This document shows, in pieces, positions 37,799 to 47,132 of a stretch of 64,000 nucleotides of DNA. Each line of letters opens with the position of its first letter. Positions within the stretch are counted from its first letter, which is position 1. A program made the translations under genes and the position numbers. This DNA is from an uncultured Actinomycetota bacterium. Lineage in GTDB: Bacteria > Actinomycetota > Actinomycetes > Streptomycetales > Streptomycetaceae. Below the pieces are notes generated by a model that did not search any database, was not told where the DNA came from, and saw only the letters and a list, made by a program, of their open reading frames with translations. The DNA is taken from contig CAVQCY010000002.1 in assembly GCA_963711125.1 (NCBI GenBank), forward strand, positions 1,243,852 through 1,307,851, given 5' to 3'.

Positions 37799-39295
37799 AT
37801 GCTCAGACGGTACAGACACCTGCGCGGCCTGGTCGCCGGCGCCGCGGTCCTCGCGGCGCTGACGGCGGGCGCGGCGACCCAACTGCACGCCGCGCCCGCC
37901 GCGCAGGCGGCCACTCAGATGAAGGTGCTCTTCGACGACACCAGCGCGGAGACGGCCGGCAACGCCGACTGGATCATCAGCACCAGCATGCCGAACCCGC
38001 TGGACGAGGACGCCAACCCCACCAACGAGACGGACTGGACCGGCGCCCTGTCCTCGTGGGGCGTCGCCCTGCAGCAGACCGGTGACTACACCCTGGACAC
38101 CCTCGGCCCGGGCAACACCATCACCTACGGCACCGGCGGTTCGCTGGACCTGAAGAACTTCAACACCTTCGTCCTCGACGAGCCCAACACCCAGCTGACC
38201 TCCGCTGAGAAGACCGCCATCATGGAGTTCGTGCAGAACGGCGGCGGGCTGTTCCTCATCTCGGACCACAAGGGAAGCGACCGCAACAACGACGGCTGGG
38301 ACTCGCCGGAGATCATCAACGACCTGATGACGAACAACGGCGTCGACGACAACGACCCGTTCGGCGTCAGCGACGACGACCTCGACATCTCCTCCGGCAC
38401 CCCGAAGGCGATCAGCGACTCCTCCGACCCGGTCCTCAACGGCCCGTTCGGCACGGTCACCAGCAGCGAGATCGACTCCGGCACCACCTGGACCCTGCAC
38501 CCCTCGGACAACTCCAACGCCAAGGGCCTGCTCTACACCTCCGGTTCCAGCGGAGACACCGGCGTCTTCTTCGCCACCAGCACCTACGGCAGCGGCCGGG
38601 TGGCGTTCTGGGGCGACTCCTCGCCGGTCGACGACGGCACCGGTGAGTCCGGCAACACCCTCTACAACGGCTGGGACACCGACAGCAACGCGGCTCTCGC
38701 GCTCAACGCGACCGCCTGGTTGTCCGGCAACGACTCCACCGGCGGCGGCTCGGGCGGCACCACGACCGGCGGCACCACGACCGGCGGCACCACGACGGGC
38801 GGCACCACGGGTGGCGGCGGCTGCACCGCCGGCCAGCTCCTGACCAACCCCGGCTTCGAGTCCGGCACCTCCGGCTGGTCGGCCACCAGCGGCATCATCA
38901 ACACCAGCAGCAAGGAGCCCGCGCACTCCGGCTCGTACAAGGCGTGGCTGGACGGCTACGGCACGGCGACCACCGACACGGTCTCCCAGTCGGTGACCAT
39001 CCCCTCCGGCTGCACCACGGCGGCGTTCGGCTTCTGGCTGCACGTGGACACCGCCGAGACGAGCAACACCACCGCCTACGACACGATGAAGGTCCAGGTG
39101 CTCAACAGCTCCGGGACCGTGCTCGGAACCCTGGCCACCTACTCCAACCTGGACGCCGCCAGCGGCTACGTCCAGCACTCCTTCAACCTGGCGAGCTACG
39201 CCGGGCAGACGGTCACCTTGAAGTTCACCGGTACGGAGGACTACGAGTACCAGACCTCGTTCGTGGTGGACGACACCTCGCTCAACGTGAGCTGA
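37799..39295 (+). CDS. Secreted protein: ThuA/class-I-GATase-like N-terminal domain + Gly/Thr linker + C-terminal beta-sandwich (CBM-like) domain
   Basis: A signal peptide is followed by KVLFDDT...[10 protein letters not shown] (ThuA-like). A (GGTTT)n linker is encoded by 15-bp tandem repeats at about 38750-38812. The C-terminal domain is galactose-binding-like. Confidence 0.55.
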   Translation: MLRRYRHLRGLVAGAAVLAALTAGAATQLHAAPAAQAATQMKVLFDDTSAETAGNADWIISTSMPNPLDEDANPTNETDWTGALSSWGVALQQTGDYTLDTLGPGNTITYGTGGSLDLKNFNTFVLDEPNTQLTSAEKTAIMEFVQNGGGLFLISDHKGSDRNNDGWDSPEIINDLMTNNGVDDNDPFGVSDDDLDISSGTPKAISDSSDPVLNGPFGTVTSSEIDSGTTWTLHPSDNSNAKGLLYTSGSSGDTGVFFATSTYGSGRVAFWGDSSPVDDGTGESGNTLYNGWDTDSNAALALNATAWLSGNDSTGGGSGGTTTGGTTTGGTTTGGTTGGGGCTAGQLLTNPGFESGTSGWSATSGIINTSSKEPAHSGSYKAWLDGYGTATTDTVSQSVTIPSGCTTAAFGFWLHVDTAETSNTTAYDTMKVQVLNSSGTVLGTLATYSNLDAASGYVQHSFNLASYAGQTVTLKFTGTEDYEYQTSFVVDDTSLNVS

Positions 39296-39457
39296 CGCCT
39301 CCCCGGACACCCAGCCGTGACGGCCCGCCCGGCCGTCACGGCGGCCCGTCCGCTCCGCGACCGCGGGGCCGGCGGGACACGGGGGCCGGCGGGGACGCGG
39401 GGCCGGCGGGCCCGACATCGGCGTGCACGGCGGCGTGCCGCGCGGGATCATCGGGGC

Positions 39458-40057
39458 ATGGAACACACCATCCGTCTCGCCCAGTCGCCCGAGGCCGACG
39501 CGCTGCTCGCCCGCAGTCCGCTGGCCGCCCTCGTCGGCATGCTGCTCGACCAGCAGGTGCCGATGGAGTGGGCGTTCCGCGGCCCGTACACCATCGCCGA
39601 GCGGATGGGCGAGGACGACCTGGACGCCGTCCGGATCGCCGGGCACGACCCGGAGGAGTTCGCGGCGCTACTGTCCGCGAAGCCGGCCGTGCACCGCTAC
39701 CCGGGTGCGATGGCCGACCGGGTGCAGCGGCTGTGCGGCTATCTGGTCGAGCACTACGACGGTGACGCGGCGGCTCTGTGGCGGGACGTGCCGACCGGGG
39801 CCGAGGTGCTGGAACGGCTCCTGGCGCTGCCCGGTTTCGGCCGGCAGAAGGCGCAGATCTTCCTGGCGGTGCTGGGCAAGCGGTTCGGCGTGACGCCGCA
39901 GGGCTGGCGTGAGGCGGCCGGCCCGTACGGCGACCGGGACGCGTACCGCTCCGCGGCCGACATCACCGGCCCGGAGTCGCTGGCGAGGGTCCGCGCCTTC
40001 AAACAGGAGGCGAAGCGCGCCGCGAAGGCGGCGAAATCCCCCAAGCCGCCCGCATGA
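39458..40057 (+). CDS. HhH-GPD family DNA-glycosylase-like protein
   Basis: The HhH reads LPGFGRQKAQIFLAVLGKRFGV. The C-terminal tail is Lys-rich. Confidence 0.65.
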   Translation: MEHTIRLAQSPEADALLARSPLAALVGMLLDQQVPMEWAFRGPYTIAERMGEDDLDAVRIAGHDPEEFAALLSAKPAVHRYPGAMADRVQRLCGYLVEHYDGDAAALWRDVPTGAEVLERLLALPGFGRQKAQIFLAVLGKRFGVTPQGWREAAGPYGDRDAYRSAADITGPESLARVRAFKQEAKRAAKAAKSPKPPA

Positions 40058-40387
40058 CCGACCCCGGTGCGGCGCGACCCGGGGCGCGCCCCCCGGGAGC
40101 CGGGGCGCTGCCCGTCCGCCGGATGCCGCCCCGGGGGAGGGACGTCACGGCGTGAGCCGGGTGTCGTTCCGGCGCCTCCCCTATGCTGAACAGCAGTTCC
40201 ATGCCCTCGTGACGGAGAACGGAGTCCTTACGCCGTCGCTGGAGCAGGCCGCCTTGCTGGCCGCGCGTCTGCGTGAGGCGGTTCATGGCATCACCTTTGC
40301 TTCTTCGGCCTGACAGATACCGGGCCGGTCAGGTCCGTACTCTCGCGGCGACGCTTCCACAAGGCCACGTCCAGGGCGTCCAGGCGG

Positions 40388-41233
40388 TCAGCGTACGTCG
40401 CGGCGGGAGATGAGGTACGCGGACAGGCTCAAGAAGACGACAACGTAGGCGGTCAGAACCAGGCTCGCGGTGAGTGGGCCGGAAACGGACACCACGCCGG
40501 GGACGGAGCTGTCGACGGTGCCGGAGGGGTCGAGCGCGGTGGCGAGCGACCCGGCGCTCGGTCCGACCAGGAGACGCTGCAAACCCTTCAGCAGCGGCAG
40601 GGCGCCGGCCAGCGCCGAGACCAGGTTCTCCAGTGCGAGCAGCCACAGCAGGCCCACCCCTATGGCGGCACCGGTGGCCCGCAGCAGTGTCGAGAGGAAG
40701 ATGCCCAGACTCGCAGCCGCCATGCTGACCAGCCAGGCCGAGCCGATCCCGCCGAGGACCGACGCCGGGTCGGGCCATCGGGTGCTCCGCCCGCTGAGCG
40801 CCTCGATCAGTGCGCTCGCGGCGGCGCTCGCGGCCACGACCACGACGGTCACGCACAGCACTGCCACCGCGGCCGACGTCGCCTTGGCCAGCAAAGTCGT
40901 GGCGCGGCCGGGACGCTGGACCAGCAACGTGCCCCAGGTGCCCCAGCGGTACTCGCCGCCGGCGAACACCGCGCCGAGGATCAGCATCAGCGCGCTGCCG
41001 AACAGCGGGTACAGGCCGACCGTGCTGGACAGGAACCGGTCCGGAAGCAGCCCCGCGATGAGTTTCTGCGGATCGCTGGAGGCGCTGGCCGGCCGGTTCC
41101 TGATGGCCAGCCAGATGAGGTAGGGCACCACCATGCCGAATACCACCGCGAGCCCTGTCCAGGCTCCGCCGACCACCCACACGCCCGGGCGTTTGCGTGC
41201 CGACAGCAGTTCGGCCCGAAGGACGCCGTTCAC
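40388..41233 (-). CDS. ABC-2 type transporter permease
   Basis: 6-TM ABC-2 permease fold. The start overlaps the ATPase stop. Confidence 0.7.
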   Translation of the reverse strand: MNGVLRAELLSARKRPGVWVVGGAWTGLAVVFGMVVPYLIWLAIRNRPASASSDPQKLIAGLLPDRFLSSTVGLYPLFGSALMLILGAVFAGGEYRWGTWGTLLVQRPGRATTLLAKATSAAVAVLCVTVVVVAASAAASALIEALSGRSTRWPDPASVLGGIGSAWLVSMAAASLGIFLSTLLRATGAAIGVGLLWLLALENLVSALAGALPLLKGLQRLLVGPSAGSLATALDPSGTVDSSVPGVVSVSGPLTASLVLTAYVVVFLSLSAYLISRRDVR

Positions 41234-42180
41234 GCGCTGCTCACCTCCGTGGGCACCGTCGGATCCTCCGGCCGGTCCCCTACCAGTTCGAAGAACGCGT
41301 CTTCCAACGAGAGCGTTCGGCGGCGCAGTTCGCTCACTGCCAGCCCGTTCTCGACCAGCAGTCGGTTGACAGCGGCGGCCAGGTCCGGGTCGACGGTGAC
41401 GCGGACCACACCGTCCTCCACCGTGGCGGATCGGACGGCCGGCATGCCGTTCAGCACCTCCACGGCGTGCTCGGGGCGGTCCACGACCACGGACAACCCG
41501 CCTTCACCGGCACCGCGGCGCAGGTCGGCGACCGTGCCATCGGCGATCAGCCGTCCCTCGCGGATGACCCCCACCCGGTCGCACAGGTGCTCCACCTCAG
41601 CCAGAAGATGGCTGGAGAGCAGTACCGTGCGGTTCGCCCCGCGTAGCCTGCCGATCAGTTCCCGCATACTGGCCATGCCGGCCGGGTCCAAGCCGTTGGT
41701 GGGCTCGTCGAGAATCAGTAGTTCGGGATCCTTGAGCAACGCGGCGGCGACTGCCACGCGCTGCCGCATGCCGAGCGAGTACGCCCGGAACGGGACACCG
41801 GCCGCCTCGGACATGTCGACCTCGTCGAGCACCTCGTCCACCCGCGCATCGGACACGTCGGCATACCCGGCCAGCACGCGCAGGTTGTCGCGCCCCGACA
41901 GGTGCGGATACAGCGCGGGGGACTCGATCTGGGCACCGGTCCGGCGCAGGGCGGCGGAGCTTCCGGCCGGGTGGCCGAGTACCGTGGCGCTGCCCGCGGT
42001 GGGGCGCACGAGCCCCACGAGCATCCGCATGGTGGTGGTCTTACCGGAACCGTTGGGGCCGAGAAAGCCGTAGACCTCGCCGCGGTGGACCGTCAGGTCG
42101 AGGTCGAACACCCCGGTCTTCGAGCTGTACCGCTTGGTCAGTCCGGCGGTCCTGATCGCGGGGCCGTGCGGGTCAGCCAT
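41230..42180 (-). CDS. ABC transporter ATP-binding protein
   Basis: Walker A (GPNGSGKTT), ABC signature (LSGHLL-like LSLGMRQRV), Walker B (LILDEPT) and H-loop are present. Confidence 0.85.
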   Translation of the reverse strand: MADPHGPAIRTAGLTKRYSSKTGVFDLDLTVHRGEVYGFLGPNGSGKTTTMRMLVGLVRPTAGSATVLGHPAGSSAALRRTGAQIESPALYPHLSGRDNLRVLAGYADVSDARVDEVLDEVDMSEAAGVPFRAYSLGMRQRVAVAAALLKDPELLILDEPTNGLDPAGMASMRELIGRLRGANRTVLLSSHLLAEVEHLCDRVGVIREGRLIADGTVADLRRGAGEGGLSVVVDRPEHAVEVLNGMPAVRSATVEDGVVRVTVDPDLAAAVNRLLVENGLAVSELRRRTLSLEDAFFELVGDRPEDPTVPTEVSSA

Positions 42181-43402
42181 CGACGGCCTGCCGTTCCCCG
42201 TTTCGTGCGGCCGCAGCCAGCAACGCCGCCAGGAGCGCGGTCTCGGCGGCCAGCACTACCACCGCCCACACCGGACCGATCCACCCCCGCAGGCTCCCGT
42301 ACCACCACCACACCAGGGCGGTGTAGGCCGGCACGAACACCAGCAGCGAGACGATCCCGTACGTCGCGTACGCGCGAGCATCGCGCCGCGGGTAGGCCGC
42401 CAGCCGTTCCCGGGCCGCGGCGTCGCCCCGGCGCAGGCGCAGGCGCCAGAACCTGGCGGACTCCCGTCGCAGGTCGACGAGGTCCATGGCGTGGGTGAGC
42501 ATGACGTATCCGTCCGATCGCAGGAACGGCAGCAGGCTGGCCAGCCCCCCGCCACTGCCGAACAGCAGCAGGCCCGCAGGAAGGGAGCGTCCGGTGCCCC
42601 CGCCGGCCAGCCACCACCACACCGTCACCGGCACCAGGGCCAGCAGGGTGACGAACACCCCGGCGAACGCCGTGCCGACCCGGGCCCGGCGGCTGTGGAA
42701 GAGCACGATGTCGTCTGTGCGGCAGTAGGGCGTCAGGACGGGGAACCGCCAACTCACCCCGATTTCGGTGACCGTGCCGCCGAAGTGCCGACAGGCGACC
42801 CCGTGGGCGAGTTCGTGCGCCATGGTGACCAGCCAGAACAGTACCAGCGACACTGGCGTGGTGATCGCCCACGCGCCCGGATGGGTCGCCTGGTGGACGA
42901 GTGTCGCGGTGTGCGTCCATACGAACATCTGGCAGATGACGGCGAGGACGGCCGCTGGCACCAGGAAGACGGCGCGGAAGGCGAAAGCCAGCCGCCCCGC
43001 GAGCCGTGCGCACAGCCGGTCGGGGCGCAACATCACCCAGCGATTGCGCCACCAGCCGCGGCGCGCGGTGTCCCGGTCTCGTTGCCGTTGGCGCAGCAGG
43101 TCCAGGGCGGCCTGGTCGGTGTGCCCGTCCAGGAGTTGGTAGCGGCCGAGCATGGTGAAGACCTGCCGCCAGTGGTCCGGCCCCAGGCGTCGGTCGTACG
43201 CGTCGGTGTAGCGGCGTTCGATGTCCCGGAGGGTGTGCTGTCCGTCCATCAGCTGGATGATGAAGTACTCGCGCGGACCGACCCGGTAGAAGCAGCCGGT
43301 GCGTTCGTCCTTCACGTGGTGCACCGTGCGTGCCCCGATGCGGAGCGGAGGGCCGAGCGTCACCTCAGGTCGCAGCCGGGGCGGCGCCCCCGCGCCGGTC
43401 AC
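42173..43402 (-). CDS. PqqD-like (RRE) domain fused to M50/site-2-type membrane metalloprotease
   Basis: The N-terminal region FYRVGPREYFIIQLMDGQHTLRDIERRYT is a PqqD/RRE-like peptide-binding domain. The membrane domain carries HELAHGVACRHFGG (HExxH). The GTG start overlaps the upstream stop (GTGA). Confidence 0.65.
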   Translation of the reverse strand: MTGAGAPPRLRPEVTLGPPLRIGARTVHHVKDERTGCFYRVGPREYFIIQLMDGQHTLRDIERRYTDAYDRRLGPDHWRQVFTMLGRYQLLDGHTDQAALDLLRQRQRDRDTARRGWWRNRWVMLRPDRLCARLAGRLAFAFRAVFLVPAAVLAVICQMFVWTHTATLVHQATHPGAWAITTPVSLVLFWLVTMAHELAHGVACRHFGGTVTEIGVSWRFPVLTPYCRTDDIVLFHSRRARVGTAFAGVFVTLLALVPVTVWWWLAGGGTGRSLPAGLLLFGSGGGLASLLPFLRSDGYVMLTHAMDLVDLRRESARFWRLRLRRGDAAARERLAAYPRRDARAYATYGIVSLLVFVPAYTALVWWWYGSLRGWIGPVWAVVVLAAETALLAALLAAAARNGERQAVDG

Positions 43403-44442
43403 CGGGTGTCCCCGACGGGTGCCAGATCCGCCAGCGCCTTGACCATCACGTAGGACAGGTAGATCTCGTCGAGGATGCTCACCCCGAGCCGGTTGTTGGT
43501 CATGTGAACGTAGGAGCTGAGCACGATCGCCAGAGCAGCCGGCGGATCGGGAACCGCACCGTCGCGGAAGGTCAGGGCGCCTGCTTCTGCCGACTTCAGC
43601 ACTCTGTCGCGCAGTTCCGCGCAGTGCGCGAGCCACGAGCGCTCCAGTGGGGTGGGTGCGGCGGACGGGTCGTCGCGCGCACTGTCGCGCACATGCCTCA
43701 TCCGTGCGACCAGCCGTTCGCGCATCCGTGCGTAGCTACGGTCGAACCGCTCGTGCTGGCCGTCGCTCGGTTCCTGGTAGGAGGTTTCCCACATGGTGCG
43801 GTACCGGGTCAGGAAGGTGGCCACCGCTTCCTCGTCGCCCAGAAAGGCGAAGCACAGCGCCGCGGTCGACTGCGCGGCCTGGCCCAGCAGCGCGGTGCGT
43901 ACGTGCACGTTGGTGGTCTCCAGCAGGGTGAGCACCAGTTCGCTGGACTCCTGGAAGTGCCACTCGGCCAGTTCCATGCCGACCGGGCCGCCGTATCGGC
44001 TCAGCTCCCGCTCGTAGGGGATCCGCGCGACGCTGTTGTTGTCCCGGAAGGGCATCGTGCCGTCCCGTCCGTACAACTCGTCCCAGCGGTCCTGGCTGTA
44101 CTCGGCCAGGAACATGTTCTTGTACAGATCACCGCTGGCGTCCCGGTCCTCTTCATAGAGGGCCGGCCTCCGGCGCAGGAAGGCGGTGAGCGCGTCCCGC
44201 GCGGTGCGCTCGACATCCTCGGCCGCCCCGGGGGAGGAGGGCAGCAGCCGCAACCGTACGTGCGGGCCCTCCAACCAGTAGCGGATGAAGAACCACGAGC
44301 GCAACAGCCCACGTCCACGCAGCTCCGCCACGAGTGGCCGCACGCACCGTACCAGGATCGGGTTTGCGTTCGCGGCGTAGAAGACGTGCAGGCTGATCCA
44401 GCCGTCGTCCTCGCCCGCGCCGCTGGTCGCCGCGTCCGTCAT
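43399..44442 (-). CDS. SpaB_C / Lant_dehydr_C-like protein (LanB glutamate-elimination domain or thiopeptide pyridine-synthase-like)
   Basis: The region MTDAATSGAGEDDGWISLHVFYAAN...LLRSWFFIRYWLEGPHVRLRL matches the thiopeptide-type bacteriocin biosynthesis domain. Confidence 0.7.
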   Translation of the reverse strand: MTDAATSGAGEDDGWISLHVFYAANANPILVRCVRPLVAELRGRGLLRSWFFIRYWLEGPHVRLRLLPSSPGAAEDVERTARDALTAFLRRRPALYEEDRDASGDLYKNMFLAEYSQDRWDELYGRDGTMPFRDNNSVARIPYERELSRYGGPVGMELAEWHFQESSELVLTLLETTNVHVRTALLGQAAQSTAALCFAFLGDEEAVATFLTRYRTMWETSYQEPSDGQHERFDRSYARMRERLVARMRHVRDSARDDPSAAPTPLERSWLAHCAELRDRVLKSAEAGALTFRDGAVPDPPAALAIVLSSYVHMTNNRLGVSILDEIYLSYVMVKALADLAPVGDTR

Positions 44443-44450
44443 GCCGTCGA

Positions 44451-47120
44451 TCACCGCGGGGAACCCCCTTCGTCGAGTCCGTCGAGTTCGACCATGAGCT
44501 CGGTGACGTACCGGTGCCGGCCGTCGCGCAGCCAGATCTGTTCGGGGCCGGGCAGCATTTCGCTGAACACCACCGGCGAGGTGGTCTTGCGGACCGCGGT
44601 GTCCAGCAGTCGCACGCACGCGTAGGAATCGAAATCCACGTACTGCGGTTTGTGCTCACCGCCCAGTGCGGCGAAGACGTGGCGGGGTAGGCCGGCCGCG
44701 CGGTGCCATTCCCGCCAGGCCAGGAACCACTCCTGCTCGGACTGACCGGTCACCACCGGCGGCAGCCGGTCCGGTGGGAAACGCCAGGACTTCCGCTGCA
44801 GGATCGTCCTGCCCAGCCGGATCCGCGGCAGGACGCCTTCCTCGCGGTCGGCCAGGCCGGTGCCCTCCCACAGGTCGAGTTGCGCCATGGTGGTGCAGGA
44901 GAAGTTCAGCAGGACCTGCTGGATCTCCGGGAGCGCCATGGGCAGCAGGAAGCCCAAATAGACCGGGATCACCTCGGTGCCGAGCCGGCGCGAACGCAGC
45001 AGGAGCCGATCGGTGGTGATGTCGTGCTCCACGACCAGGTCCTCGACCGGAATCTGCTCTTGCGGCGGCCGATGGCTGGTCTCGCCGGGACACACCACCT
45101 CGTACGGGGTCACCACCGGGTGCAGGTTGAGGTTGGTCGTGTTGTAGCCGCCCTTGAGCTCGGCGAAGACAGCCCCCGGAGGCACCGCGTCTTCCAGCGA
45201 GCGGCGCAGCGACCCGGTGAGGTCGTCGTCGAGGCAGTGCGCGAAGCGGGAGAACAGCAGCGTGAGACCGGAGTAGATCCGGTTGACGACGACCAGTGGG
45301 TCGTTCGTGCCGTCGTCGGCCACCTGAAGGAAGAAGGACAACGACCGTGGCCCAGTCGGGTGCGGCAGCAGGTTCTCGATCGTGCGGAGGAAGTCCTCGT
45401 CGAGTTCGATGTCGCCGCCGCCCGCCTCGTGACGCCGCACGACCTCCTCGGCGACCGCAGCCCGCGCCCGGTCGATGCCGGTGATCTCGGGTTGCTTGAA
45501 CCAGTTGTCGTAGCCGCGCGGGGTGCCGCCGTCGAAGCGCTGGTGACGCATCAACCGCTGGTTGTAGTTGTCGTAGATGTCTTGGCCGAACTCGTGGGCG
45601 AAGGAGAGGAAGTCCGAGCACCGTCCGCCCTCGCCGTACCGCACCCGGAAGTAGCCCTTGGTCACGAGCCGGCGTACCAGGTTGGTGTCGAAGGCCGGCA
45701 GGACGCGTGCCACTTGCCGCAGTCCGAGGGCCGTCCGGTTGCTCCAGGCTTCGGCGTCCCCGGCCACGGCCACGCCCGGCAGAGTGGTGTCCTCGTAGAC
45801 CAGTGTCCGGAGCACGGGAACGTCTTCGTGCCCCAGCTGGCGGTGTGCGCTGGCCACCGACTTGCGTACCCGGGCGAGCAGTTCACGTCGTTCCGGTAGG
45901 CCGGCGTCGGCGAAGCGCGCCACGTCCGAGCCCACCCGGGCCACGTGCTCTGCGAGGTCTTGGGCCCACTCGGCGTCCAGGTTCCGCAGCCCGGCGCAGT
46001 AGGTGGAGACCGGATCGGGGTCATGGATGTCCATGTCCAGCTCCGGCACGACGAGCAGGCCCAGCCGCAGCAGTTGGGCCAGGTACTGCTCCACCCCCTC
46101 CTGCGGCCGGTCCCGGCCCGCCGCGCACACCCGTCGCACCGCCTCGGCGAACCGCAGTGTGGTCCCGCCGGCGAAGAGCGCGAGCACGTCGGCCAGGACG
46201 TCGCCGGTGGGCAGGAAGAACAGGCTCTCGTGCACGGCGTCCAGGGTGACCGCTGCGTCTGCGTCGCCGTCCGCGCCGCGCAGCTTGCGCAGGTACCGCA
46301 CCCGGTCGCGATCGACCTCGAGCCCGCTGGTGGCGCGTACCGGCAGGTCTCGGCGTACCCGCGGGGTTGCGGCCAGCAGGTCGGACAGGCGGGCCAGCAC
46401 CGCGACGTTGAGCCGGGTGCTGCTGCTCTTGTGCCACCCGGATACCGAGGCCGCCAGCGGACGACCGCCGACATCAGTGAACGTGCCCGCACACACCGAC
46501 GTCAGCGTGCTGAACGGGCTTGTCTTGCACGCCGTACGGAACAGGTATTCCAGCAGGGAGCGCTCCACCCGGCGTTCCCGTTTGCTGAGCGGTTCGTCGC
46601 CGCGCGACAGGTAGCCGTCCAGGTGCTCGTCGAGGGACGGTGAGGAGAGCTGCACGCCCAGCCGCAGGTCGCTCTCCCGAGCGATCCGGCGCAGCTCCCG
46701 CCGCATGGCCGCCACCTCGCTGGCCAGCACCTCGGCACCGGCCCCCAGCAGCGCCTCGTGCCGGGCCCGTTCGGCGTCCCAGTCCCGTAGCGCGGCGAGC
46801 GAGTCCGCCGGCAGCAGGGTCTCGGCCGCCGCCAGCGAGCGGGCAGGCCGGCCGTTGAAGACGTCGCGGCGCAGGTTGATCAGGGTACGCCGGGCAGCCG
46901 GGTAGTCGAGGCTCGCCGCCACCTGTTCCTGCAGGACGTCGGCGAGCTCGGCCCCGCTCTCGCGCAGCTTGTCCCGAGCGTCGAGCACCTCGTCGGTCCA
47001 GGCGGCCGCCGCCGGGGAGGCGAGAGCGGTGGCTGCCTCGAACGGCAGACCGCCGACGCGCAGCATGAACCTCGGCACCAGGTGCCATCGCGTCACGGGG
47101 CGCAGCGTGCTGGATGTCAC
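44451..47120 (-). CDS. Lantibiotic dehydratase N-terminal (LanB glutamylation) domain protein
   Basis: 889 aa. The start WHLVPRFMLRVGGLPF and overall length match split LanB N-terminal proteins as seen in thiopeptide and goadsporin clusters. Confidence 0.8.
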   Translation of the reverse strand: MTSSTLRPVTRWHLVPRFMLRVGGLPFEAATALASPAAAAWTDEVLDARDKLRESGAELADVLQEQVAASLDYPAARRTLINLRRDVFNGRPARSLAAAETLLPADSLAALRDWDAERARHEALLGAGAEVLASEVAAMRRELRRIARESDLRLGVQLSSPSLDEHLDGYLSRGDEPLSKRERRVERSLLEYLFRTACKTSPFSTLTSVCAGTFTDVGGRPLAASVSGWHKSSSTRLNVAVLARLSDLLAATPRVRRDLPVRATSGLEVDRDRVRYLRKLRGADGDADAAVTLDAVHESLFFLPTGDVLADVLALFAGGTTLRFAEAVRRVCAAGRDRPQEGVEQYLAQLLRLGLLVVPELDMDIHDPDPVSTYCAGLRNLDAEWAQDLAEHVARVGSDVARFADAGLPERRELLARVRKSVASAHRQLGHEDVPVLRTLVYEDTTLPGVAVAGDAEAWSNRTALGLRQVARVLPAFDTNLVRRLVTKGYFRVRYGEGGRCSDFLSFAHEFGQDIYDNYNQRLMRHQRFDGGTPRGYDNWFKQPEITGIDRARAAVAEEVVRRHEAGGGDIELDEDFLRTIENLLPHPTGPRSLSFFLQVADDGTNDPLVVVNRIYSGLTLLFSRFAHCLDDDLTGSLRRSLEDAVPPGAVFAELKGGYNTTNLNLHPVVTPYEVVCPGETSHRPPQEQIPVEDLVVEHDITTDRLLLRSRRLGTEVIPVYLGFLLPMALPEIQQVLLNFSCTTMAQLDLWEGTGLADREEGVLPRIRLGRTILQRKSWRFPPDRLPPVVTGQSEQEWFLAWREWHRAAGLPRHVFAALGGEHKPQYVDFDSYACVRLLDTAVRKTTSPVVFSEMLPGPEQIWLRDGRHRYVTELMVELDGLDEGGSPR

Positions 47121-47132
47121 GGATCAGCCCTC

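Noticed and set aside
40152-40313. Small plus-strand ORF (VSRVSFRRLPYAEQQFHALVTENGVLTPSLEQAALLAARLREAVHGITFASSA) downstream of the ABC permease
   Set aside because: Lower-GC and plausible, but no RBS or homology could be established. It may be a 3' UTR of the convergent genes.
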